Origin: Auanema rhodensis
Taxonomy: Eukaryota > Animalia > Nematoda
NCBI GenBank assembly: GCA_964057225.1
Contig: OZ059898.1
Location: 17,236,001-17,300,000 of the forward strand
DNA length: 64,000 bases
Direction of reading: 5' to 3'
How positions within the stretch are numbered: position 1 is the stretch's first letter; each line of letters begins with the position of its first letter. Of this stretch, positions 40,701-53,700 are shown piece by piece. The notes beneath the pieces were generated by a model, which searched no databases, was not told where the DNA came from, and saw only the letters and a program-made list of their open reading frames with translations. The position numbers and the translations under genes were made by a program.

Positions 40701-43700
40701 AGCTTAAAAATGCACCGAGACATCAACTGATATAAGTTCACACTTATATCCTCGATTTTCACCCTGAAGAAATAATTTTTTCGTTGAATAACATTGTCCA
40801 TCGTCTTTGCCTTGAAAAAAGGAATCTAAAAACATCTACTTTTTGCTAAATTATTTTGAAATTTTTCGAAAAAATTTTTGTCAAAATGTTTTTGGAAGCA
40901 ATGTTGAGTGTACATGGAAACTCAACATACACTAATGCATCATTTTTCAAACGATCATAACTAATTTTTGTATTAAGCGTTTCTCAATGTAGTATAGTGC
41001 ATTCGATGCGGATTTGTAAGCTGCGTCGATCTGTGTTATCAGATTTGCGCTAGCTTAAAAATGCACCGAGACATCAACTGATATAAGTTCACACTTATAT
41101 CCTCGATTTTCACCCTGAAGAAATAATTTTTTCGTTGAATAACATTGTCCATCGTCTTTGCCTTGAAAAAAGAAATCTAAAAACATCTACTTTTTGCTAA
41201 ATTATTTTGAAATTTTTCGAAAAAATTTTTGTCAAAATGTTTTTGGAAGCAATGTTGAGTGTACATGGAAACTCAACATACACTAATGCACCATTTTTCA
41301 AACGATCATAACTAATTTTTGTATTAAGCGTTTCTCAATGTAGTATAGTGCATTCGATGCGGATTTTTAAGCTGCGTCGATCTGTGTTATCAGATTTGCG
41401 CTAGCTTAAAAATGCACCGAGACATCAACTGATATAAGTTCACACTTATATCCTCGATTTTCACCCTGAAGAAATAATTTTTTCGTTGAATAACATTGTC
41501 CATCGTCTTTGCCTTGAAAAAAGGAATCTAAAAACATCTACTTTTTGCTAAATTATTTTGAAATTTTTCGAAAAAATTTTTGTCAAAATGTTTTTGGAAG
41601 CAATGTTGAGTGTACATGGAAACTCAACATACACTAATGCATCATTTTTCAAACGATCATAACTAATTTTTGTATTAAGCGTTTCTCAATGTAGTATAGT
41701 GCATTCGATGCGGATTTTTAAGCTGCGTCGATCTGTGTTATCAGATTTGCGCTAGCTTAAAAATGCACCGAGACATCAACTGATATAAGTTCACACTTAT
41801 ATCCTCGATTTTCACCCTGAAGAAATAATTTTTTCGTTGAATAACATTGTCCATCGTCTTTGCCTTGAAAAAAGGAATCTAAAAACATCTACTTTTTGCT
41901 AAATTATTTTGAAATTTTTCGAAAAAATTTTTGTCAAAATGTTTTTGGAAGCAATGTTGAGTGTACATGGAAACTCAACATACACTAATGCATCATTTTT
42001 CAAACGATCATAACTAATTTTTGTATTAAGCGTTTCTCAATGTAGTATAGTGCATTCGATGCGGATTTTTAAGCTGCGTCGATCTGTGTTATCAGATTTG
42101 CGCTAGCTTAAAAATGCACCGAGACATCAACTGATATAAGTTCACACTTATATCCTCGATTTTCACCCTGAAGAAATAATTTTTTCGTTGAATAACATTG
42201 TCCATCGTCTTTGCCTTGAAAAAAGGAATCTAAAAACATCTACTTTTTGCTAAATTATTTTGAAATTTTTCGAAAAAATTTTTGTCAAAATGTTTTTGGA
42301 AGCAATGTTGAGTGTACATGGAAACTCAACATACACTAATGCATCATTTTTCAAACGATCATAACTAATTTTTGTATTAAGCGTTTCTCAATGTAGTATA
42401 GTGCATTCGATGCGGATTTGTAAGCTGCGTCGATCTGTGTTATCAGATTTGCGCTAGCTTAAAAATGCACCGAGACATCAACTGATATAAGTTCACACTT
42501 ATATCCTCGATTTTCACCCTGAAGAAATAATTTTTTCGTTGAATAACATTGTCCATCGTCTTTGCCTTGAAAAAAGGAATCTAAAAACATCTACTTTTTG
42601 CTAAATTATTTTGAAATTTTTCGAAAAAATTTTTGTCAAAATGTTTTTGGAAGCAATGTTGAGTGTACATGGAAACTCAACATACACTAATGCATCATTT
42701 TTCAAACGATCATAACTAATTTTTGTATTAAGCGTTTCTCAATGTAGTATAGTGCATTCGATGCGGATTTGTAAGCTGCGTCGATCTGTGTTATCAGATT
42801 TGCGCTAGCTTAAAAATGCACCGAGACATCAACTGATATAAGTTCACACTTATATCCTCGATTTTCACCCTGAAGAAATAATTTTTTCGTTGAATAACAT
42901 TGTCCATCGTCTTTGCCTTGAAAAAAGGAATCTAAAAACATCTACTTTTTGCTAAATTATTTTGAAATTTTTCGAAAAAATTTTTGTCAAAATGTTTTTG
43001 GAAGCAATGTTGAGTGTACATGGAAACTCAACATACACTAATGCATCATTTTTCAAACGATCATAACTAATTTTTGTATTAAGCGTTTCTCAATGTAGTA
43101 TAGTGCATTCGATGCGGATTTGTAAGCTGCGTCGATCTGTGTTATCAGATTTGCGCTAGCTTAAAAATGCACCGAGACATCAACTGATATAAGTTCACAC
43201 TTATATCCTCGATTTTCACCCTGAAGAAATAATTTTTTCGTTGAATAACATTGTCCATCGTCTTTGCCTTGAAAAAAGGAATCTAAAAACATCTACTTTT
43301 TGCTAAATTATTTTGAAATTTTTCGAAAAAATTTTTGTCAAAATGTTTTTGGAAGCAATGTTGAGTGTACATGGAAACTCAACATACACTAATGCATCAT
43401 TTTTCAAACGATCATAACTAATTTTTGTATTAAGCGTTTCTCAATGTAGTATAGTGCATTCGATGCGGATTTTTAAGCTGCGTCGATCTGTGTTATCAGA
43501 TTTGCGCTAGCTTAAAAATGCACCGAGACATCAACTGATATAAGTTCACACTTATATCCTCGATTTTCACCCTGAAGAAATAATTTTTTCGTTGAATAAC
43601 ATTGTCCATCGTCTTTGCCTTGAAAAAAGGAATCTAAAAACATCTACTTTTTGCTAAATTATTTTGAAATTTTTCGAAAAAATTTTTGTCAAAATGTTTT

Positions 43701-46700
43701 TGGAAGCAATGTTGAGTGTACATGGAAACTCAACATACACTAATGCATCATTTTTCAAACGATCATAACTAATTTTTGTATTAAGCGTTTCTCAATGTAG
43801 TATAGTGCATTCGATGCGGATTTTTAAGCTGCGTCGATCTGTGTTATCAGATTTGCGCTAGCTTAAAAATGCACCGAGACATCAACTGATATAAGTTCAC
43901 ACTTATATCCTCGATTTTCACCCTGAAGAAATAATTTTTTCGTTGAATAACATTGTCCATCGTCTTTGCCTTGAAAAAAGGAATCTAAAAACATCTACTT
44001 TTTGCTAAATTATTTTGAAATTTTTCGAAAAAATTTTTGTCAAAATGTTTTTGGAAGCAATGTTGAGTGTACATGGAAACTCAACATACACTAATGCATC
44101 ATTTTTCAAACGATCATAACTAATTTTTGTATTAAGCGTTTCTCAATGTAGTATAGTGCATTCGATGCGGATTTTTAAGCTGCGTCGATCTGTGTTATCA
44201 GATTGGCGCTAGCTTAAAAATGCACCGAGATATCAACTGATATAAGTTCACACTTATATCCTTGATTTTCACCCTGAAGAATTAATTTTTTCGTTGAATA
44301 ACATTGTCCATCGTCTTTGCCTTGAAAAAAGGAATCTAAAAACATCTACTTTTTGCTAAATTATTTTGAAATTTTTCGAAAAAATTTTTGTCAAAATGTT
44401 TTTGGAAGCAATGTTGAGTGAACATGGAAACTCGACATACACTAATGCATCATTTTTCAAACAATCATAACTAATTTTTGTATTAAGCGTTTCTCAATGT
44501 AGTATAGTGCATTTGATGCGGATTTTTAAGCTGCGTCGATCTGTGTTATCAGATTTGCGCTAGTTTAAAAATGCACCGAGATATCAACTGATATAAGTTC
44601 ACACTTATATCCTCGATTTTCACCCTGAAGAAATAATTTTTTCGTTGAATAACATTGTCCATCGTGTTTGCCTTGAAAAAAGGAATCTAAAAACATCTAC
44701 TTTTTGCTAAATTATTTTGAAATTTTTCGAAAAAATTTTTGTCAAAATGTTTTTGGAAGCAATGTTGAGTGTACATGGAAACTCAACATACACTAATGCA
44801 TCATTTTTCAAACGATCATAACTAATTTTTGTATTAAGCGTTTCTCAATGTAGTATAGTGCATTCGATGCGGATTTTTAAGCTGCGTCGATCTGTGTTAT
44901 CAGATTGGCGCTAGCTTAAAAATGCACCGAGATATCAACTGATATAAGTTCACACTTATATCCTCGATTTTCACCCTGAAGAATTAATTTTTTCGTTGAA
45001 TAACATTGTCCATCGTCTTTGCCTTGAAAAAAGGAATCTAAAAACATCTACTTTTTGCTAAATTATTTTGAAATTTTTCGAAAAAATTTTTGTCAAAATG
45101 TTTTTGGAAGCAATGTTGAGTGAACATGGAAACTCGACATACACTAATGCATCATTTTTCAAACAATCATAACTAATTTTTGTATTAAGCGTTTCTCAAT
45201 GTAGTATAGTGCATTTGATGCGGATTTTTAAGCTGCGTCGATCTGTGTTATCAGATTTGCGCTAGTTTAAAAATGCACCGAGATATCAACTGATATAAGT
45301 TCACACTTATATCCTCGATTTTCACCCTGAAGAAATAATTTTTTCGTTGAATAACATTGTCCATCGTGTTTGCCTTGAGAAAAGGAATCTAAAAACATCT
45401 ACTTTTTGCTAAATTATTTTGAAATTTTTCGAAAAAATTTTTGTCAAAATGTTTTTGGAAGCAATGTTGAGTGTACATGGAAACTCAACATACACTAATG
45501 CATTATTTTTCAAACGATCATAACTAATTTTAGTATTACGCGTTTCTCAATGTAGTATAGTGCATTTGATGCGGATTTTTAAGCTGCGTCGATCTGTGTT
45601 ATCAGATTTGCGCTAGTTTAAAAATGCACCGAGATATCAACTGATATAAGTTCACACTTATATCCTCGATTTTCACCCTGAAGAATTAATTTTTTCGTTG
45701 AATAACATTGTCCATCGTCTTTGCCTTGAAAAAAGGAATCTAAAAACATTTACTTTTTGCTAAATTATTTTGAAATTTTTCGAAAAAATTTTTGTCAAAA
45801 TGTTTTTGGAAGCAATGTTGAGTGAACATGGAAACTCGACATACACTAATGCATCATTTTTCAAACGATCATAACTAATTTTTGTATTAAGCGTTTCTCA
45901 ATGTAGTATAGTGCATTCGATGCGGATTTTTAAGCTGCGTCGATCTGTGTTATCAGATTGGCGCTAGCTTAAAAATGCACCGAGATATCAACTGATATAA
46001 GTTCACACTTATATCCTCGATTTTCACCCTGAAGAATTAATTTTTTCGTTGAATAACATTGTCCATCGTCTTTGCCTTGAAAAAAGGAATCTAAAAACAT
46101 TTACTTTTTGCTAAATTATTTTGAAATTTTTCGAAAAAATTTTTGTCAAAATGTTTTTGGAAGCAATGTTGAGTGTACATGGAAACTCAACATACACTAA
46201 TGCATCATTTTTCAAACGATCATAACTAATTTTTGTATTAAGCGTTTCTCAATGTAGTATAGTGCATTCGATGCGGATTTTTAAGCTGCGTCGATCTGTG
46301 TTATCAGATTGGCGCTAGCTTAAAAATGCACCGAGATATCAACTGATATAAGTTCACACTTATATCCTCGATTTTCACCCTGAAGAATTAATTTTTTTTC
46401 GTTGAATAACATTGTCCATCGTCTTTGCCTTGAAAAAAGGAATCTAAAAACATCTACTTTTTGCTAAATTATTTTGAAATTTTTCGAAAAAATTTTTGTC
46501 AAAATGTTTTTGGAAGCAATGTTGAGTGAACATGGAAACTCGACATACACTAATGCATCATTTTTCAAACAATCATAACTAATTTTTGTATTAAGCGTTT
46601 CTCAATGTAGTATAGTGCATTTGATGCGGATTTTTAAGCTGCGTCGATCTGTGTTATCAGATTTGCGCTAGTTTAAAAATGCACCGAGATATCAACTGAT

Positions 46701-47741
46701 ATAAGTTCACACTTATATCCTCGATTTTCACCCTGAAGAAATAATTTTTTCGTTGAATAACATTGTCCATCGTGTTTGCCTTGAAAAAAGGAATCTAAAA
46801 ACATCTACTTTTTGCTAAATTATTTTGAAATTTTTCGAAAAAATTTTTGTCAAAATGTTTTTGGAAGCAATGTTGAGTGTACATGGAAACTCAACATACA
46901 CTAATGCATTATTTTTCAAACGATCATAACTAATTTTAGTATTACGCGTTTCTCAATGTAGTATATTGCATTCGATGCGGATTTTTAAGCTGCGTCGATC
47001 TGTGTTATCAGATTTGCGCTAGCTTAAAAATGCACCGAGATATCAACTGATATAAGTTCACACTTATATCCTCGATTTTCACCCTGAAGAATTAATTTTT
47101 TTCGTTGAATAACATTGTCCATCGTCTTTGCCTTGAAAAAAGGAATCTAAAAACATCTAATTTTTGCTAAATTATTCTGAAATTTTTCGAAAAAATTTTT
47201 GTCAAAATGTTTTTGGAAGCAATGTTGAGTGTACATGGAAACTCAACATACACTAATGCATCATTTTTCAAACGATCATAACTAATTTTTGTATTAAGCG
47301 TTTCTCAATGTAGTATAGTGCATTCGATGCGGATTTTCAAGCTGCGTCGATCTGTGTTATCAGATTTGCGCTAGCTTAAAAATGCACTGAGATATCAACT
47401 GATATAAGTTCACACTTATATCCTCGATTTTCACCCTGAAGAAATAATTTTTTCGTTGAATAACATTGTCCATCGTCTTTGCCTTGAAAAAAGGAATCTA
47501 AAAACATCTACTTTTTGCTAAATTATTTTGAAATTTTTCGAAAAAATTTTTGTCAAAATGTTTTTGGAAGCAATGTTGAGTGTACATGGAAACTCAACAT
47601 ACACTAATGCATCATTTTTCAAACGATCATAACTAATTTTTGTATTAAGCGTTTCTCAATGTAGTATAGTGCATTCGATGCGGATTTTTAAGCTGCGTCG
47701 ATCTGTGTTATCAGATTTGCGCTAGCTTAAAAATGCACCGA

Positions 47742-50700
47742 GACATCAACTGATATAAGTTCACACTTATATCCTCGATTTTCACCCTGAAGAAATAATT
47801 TTTTCGTTGAATAACATTGTCCATCGTCTTTGCCTTGAAAAAAGGAATCTAAAAACATCTACTTTTTGCTAAATTATTTTGAAATTTTTCGAAAAAATTT
47901 TTGTCAAAATGTTTTTGGAAGCAATGTTGAGTGTACATGGAAACTCAACATACACTAATGCATTATTTTTCAAACGATCATAACTAATTTTTGTATTAAG
48001 CGTTTCTCAATGTAGTATAGTGCATTCGATGCGGATTTTTAAGCTGCGTCGATCTGTGTTATCAGATTTGCGCTAGCTTAAAAATGCACCGAGACATCAA
48101 CTGATATAAGTTCACACTTATATCCTCGATTTTCACCCTGAAGAAATAATTTTTTCGTTGAATAACATTGTCCATCGTCTTTGCCTTGAAAAAAGGAATC
48201 TAAAAACATCTAATTTTTGCTAAATTATTCTGAAATTTTTCGAAAAAATTTTTGTCAAAATGTTTTTGGAAGCAATGTTGAGTGTACATGGAAACTCAAC
48301 ATACACTAATGCATCATTTTTCAAACGATCATAACTAATTTTTGTATTAAGCGTTTCGCAATGTAGTATAGTGCATTCGATGCGGATTTTTAAGCTGCGT
48401 CGATCTGTGTTATCAGATTTGCGCTAGCTTAAAAATGCACCGAGATATCAACTGATATAAGTTCACACTTATATCCTCGATTTTCACCCTGAAGAATTAA
48501 TTTTTTTCGTTGAATAACATTGTCCATCGTCTTTGCCTTGAAAAAAGGAATCTAAAAACATCTAATTTTTGCTAAATTATTCTGAAATTTTTCGAAAAAA
48601 TTTTTGTCAAAATGTTTTTGGAAGCAATGTTGAGTGTACATGGAAACTCAACATACACTAATGCATCATTTTTCAAACGATCATAACTAATTTTTGTATT
48701 AAGCGTTTCGCAATGTAGTATAGTGCATTCGATGCGGATTTTTAAGCTGCGTCGATCTGTGTTATCAGATTTGCGCTAGCTTAAAAATGCACCGAGACAT
48801 CAACTGATATAAGTTCACACTTATATCCTCGATTTTCACCCTGAAGAATTAATTTTTTCGTTGAATAACATTGTCCATCGTCTTTGCCTTGAAAAAAGGA
48901 ATCTAAAAACATCTACTTTTTGCTAAATTATTCTGAAATTTTTCGAAAAAATTTTTGTCAAAATGTTTTTGGAAGCAATGTTGAGTGTACATGGAAACTC
49001 AACATACACTAATGCATCATTTTTCAAACGATCATAACTAATTTTTGTATTAAGCGTTTCGCAATGTAGTATAGTGCATTCGATGCGGATTTTTAAGCTG
49101 CGTCGATCTGTGTTATCAGATTTGCGCTAGCTTAAAAATGCACCGAGATATCAACTGATATAAGTTCACACTTATATCCTCGATTTTCACCCTGAAGAAA
49201 TAATTTTTTCGTTGAATAACATTGTCCATCGTCTTTGCCTTGAAAAAAGGAATCTAAAAACATCTACTTTTTGCTAAATTATTTTGAAATTTTTCGAAAA
49301 AATTTTTGTCAAAATGTTTTTGGAAGCAATGTTGAGTGTACATGGAAACTCAACATACACTAATGCATCATTTTTCAAACGATCATAACTAATTTTTGTA
49401 TTAAGCGTTTCTCAATGTAGTATAGTGCATTCGATGCGGATTTTTAAGCTGCGTCGATCTGTGTTATCAGATTTGCGCTAGCTTAAAAATGCACCGAGAT
49501 ATCAACTGATATAAGTTCACACTTATATCCTCGATTTTCACCCTGAAGATTTAAATTTTTCCTTGAATAACATTGTCCATCGTCTTTGCCTTGAAAAAAG
49601 GAATCTAAAAACATTTACTTTTTGCTAAATTATTTTGAAATTTTTCGAAAAAATTTTTGTCAAAATGTTTTTGGAAGCAATGTTGAGTGTACATGGAAAC
49701 TCAACATACACTAATGCATCATTTTTCAAACGATCATAACTAATTTTTGTATTAAGCGTTTCTCAATGTAGTATAGTGCATTCGATGCGGATTTTTAAGC
49801 TGCGTCGATCTGTATTATCAGATTTGCGCTAGCTTAAAAATGCACCGAGACATCAACTGATATAAGTTCACACTTATATCCTCGATTTTCACCCTGAAGA
49901 ATTAATTTTTTCGTTGAATAACATTGTCCATCGTCTTTGCCTTGAAAAAAGGAATCTAAAAACATCTAATTTTTGCTAAATTATTCTGAAATTTTTCGAA
50001 AAAATTTTTGTCAAAATGTTTTTGGAAGCAATGTTGAGTGTACATGGAAACTCAACATACACTAATGCACCATTTTTCAAACGATCATAACTAATTTTTG
50101 TATTAAGCGTTTCTCAATGTAGTATAGTGCATTCGATGCGGATTTTTAAGCTGCGTCGATCTGTGTTATCAGATTTGCGCTAGCTTAAAAATGCACCGAG
50201 ATATCAACTGATATAAGTTCACACTTATATCCTCGATTTTCACCCTGAAGAATTAATTTTTTCGTTGAATAACATTGTCCATCGTCTTTGCCTTGAAAAA
50301 AGGAATCTAAAAACATCTACTTTTTGCTGAATTATTTTGAAATTTTTCGAAAAAATTTTTGTCAAAATGTTTTTGGAAGCAATGTTGAGTGTACATGGAA
50401 ACTCAACATACACTAATGCATTATTTTTCAAACGATCATAACTAATTTTTGAATTAAGCGTTTCTCAATGTAGTATAGTGCATTCGATGCGGATTTTTAA
50501 GCTGCGTCGATCTGTGTTATCAGATTTGCGCTAGCTTAAAAATGCACCGAGATATCAACTGATATAAGTTCACACTTATATTCTCGATTTTCACCCTGAA
50601 GAATTAATTTTTTCGTTGAATAACATTGTCCATCGTCTTTGCCTTGAAAAAAGGAATCTAAAAACATTTACTTTTTGCTAAATTATTCTGAAATTTTTCG

Positions 50701-53700
50701 AAAAAATTTTTGTCAAAATGTTTTTGGAAGCAATGTTGAGTGTACATGGAAACTCAACATACACTAATGCATCATTTTTCAAACGATCATAACTAATTTT
50801 TGTATTAAGCGTTTCTCAATGTAGTATAGTGCATTCGATGCGGATTTTTCAGCTGCGTCGATCTGTGTTATCAGATTTGCGCTAGCTTAAAAATGCACCG
50901 AGACATCAACTGATATAAGTTCACACTTATATCCTCGATTTTCACCCTGAAGAAATAATTTTTTCGTTGAATAACATTGTCCATCGTGTTTGCCTTGAAA
51001 AAAGGAATCTAAAAACATCTACTTTTTGCTAAATTATTTTGAAATTTTTCGAAAAAATTTTTGTCAAAATGTTTTTGGAAGCAATGTTGAGTGTACATGG
51101 AAACTCAACATACACTAATGCATTATTTTTCAAACGATCATAACTAATTTTTGAATTAAGCGTTTCTCAATGTAGTATAGTGCATTCGATGCGGATTTTT
51201 AAGCTGCGTCGATCTGTGTTATCAGATTTGCGCTAGCTTAAAAATGCACCGAGATATCAACTGATATAAGTTCACACTTATATTCTCGATTTTCACCCTG
51301 AAGAATTAATTTTTTCGTTGAATAACATTGTCCATCGTCTTTGCCTTGAAAAAAGGAATCTAAAAACATTTACTTTTTGCTAAATTATTCTGAAATTTTT
51401 CGAAAAAATTTTTGTCAAAATGTTTTTGGAAGCAATGTTGAGTGTACATGGAAACTCAACATACACTAATGCATCATTTTTCAAACGATCATAACTAATT
51501 TTTGTATTAAGCGTTTCTCAATGTAGTATAGTGCATTCGATGCGGATTTTTAAGCTGCGTCGATCTGTGTTATCAGATTTGCGCTAGCTTAAAAATGCAC
51601 CGAGACATCAACTGATATAAGTTCACACTTATATCCTCGATTTTCACCCTGAAGAAATAATTTTTTCGTTGAATAACATTGTCCATCGTGTTTGCCTTGA
51701 AAAAAGGAATCTAAAAACATCTACTTTTTGCTAAATTATTTTGAAATTTTTCGAAAAAATTTTTGTCAAAATGTTTTTGGAAGCAATGTTGAGTGTACAT
51801 GGAAACTCAACATACACTAATGCATCATTTTTCAAACGATCATAACTAATTTTTGTATTAAGCGTTTCTCAATGTAGTATAGTGCATTCGATGCGGATTT
51901 TTAAGCTGCGTCGATCTGTGTTATCAGATTTGCGATAGCTTAAAAATGCACCGAGACATCAACTGATATAAGTTCACACTTATATCCTCGATTTTCACCC
52001 TGAAGAAATAATTTTTTCGTTGAATAACATTGTCCATCGTCTTTGCCTTGAAAAAAGGAATCTAAAAACATCTACTTTTTGCTAAATTATTTTGAAATTT
52101 TTCGAAAAAATTTTTGTCAAAATGTTTTTGGAAGCAATGTTGAGTGTACATGGAAACTCAACATACACTAATGCATTATTTTTCAAACGATCATAACTAA
52201 TTTTTGTATTAAGCGTTTCTCAATGTAGTATAGTGCATTCGATGCGGATTTTTAAGCTGCGTCGATCTGTGTTATCAGATTTGCGCTAGCTTAAAAATGC
52301 ACCGAGACATCAACTGATATAAGTTCACACTTATATCCTCGATTTTCACCCTGAAGAAATAATTTTTTCGTTGAATAACATTGTCCATCGTCTTTGCCTT
52401 GAAAAAAGGAATCTAAAAACATCTAATTTTTGCTAAATTATTCTGAAATTTTTCGAAAAAATTTTTGTCAAAATGTTTTTGGAAGCAATGTTGAGTGTAC
52501 ATGGAAACTCAACATACACTAATGCATCATTTTTCAAACGATCATAACTTATTTTTGTATTAAGCGTTTTGCAATGTAGTATAGTGCATTCGATGCGGAT
52601 TTTTAAGCTGCGTCGATCTGTGTTATCAGATTTGCGCTAGCTTAAAAATGCACCGAGATATCAACTGATATAAGTTCACACTTATATCCTCGATTTTCAC
52701 CCTGAAGAATTAATTTTTTTCGTTGAATAACATTGTCCATCGTCTTTGCCTTGAAAAAAGGAATCTAAAAACATCTAATTTTTGCTAAATTATTCTGAAA
52801 TTTTTCGAAAAAATTTTTGTCAAAATGTTTTTGGAAGCAATGTTGAGTGTACATGGAAACTCAACATACACTAATGCATCATTTTTCAAACGATCATAAC
52901 TAATTTTTGTATTAAGCGTTTCGCAATGTAGTATAGTGCATTCGATGCGGATTTTTAAGCTGCGTCGATCTGTGTTATCAGATTTGCGCTAGCTTAAAAA
53001 TGCACCGAGACATCAACTGATATAAGTTCACACTTATATCCTCGATTTTCACCCTGAAGAATTAATTTTTTCGTTGAATAACATTGTCCATCGTCTTTGC
53101 CTTGAAAAAAGGAATCTAAAAACATCTACTTTTTGCTAAATTATTCTGAAATTTTTCGAAAAAATTTTTGTCAAAATGTTTTTGGAAGCAATGTTGAGTG
53201 TACATGGAAACTCAACATACACTAATGCATCATTTTTCAAACGATCATAACTAATTTTTGTATTAAGCGTTTCGCAATGTAGTATAGTGCATTCGATGCG
53301 GATTTTTAAGCTGCGTCGATCTGTGTTATCAGATTTGCGCTAGCTTAAAAATGCACCGAGATATCAACTGATATAAGTTCACACTTATATCCTCGATTTT
53401 CACCCTGAAGAAATAATTTTTTCGTTGAATAACATTGTCCATCGTCTTTGCCTTGAAAAAAGGAATCTAAAAACATCTACTTTTTGCTAAATTATTTTGA
53501 AATTTTTCGAAAAAATTTTTGTCAAAATGTTTTTGGAAGCAATGTTGAGTGTACATGGAAACTCAACATACACTAATGCATCATTTTTCAAACGATCATA
53601 ACTAATTTTTGTATTAAGCGTTTCTCAATGTAGTATAGTGCATTCGATGCGGATTTTTAAGCTGCGTCGATCTGTGTTATCAGATTTGCGCTAGCTTAAA

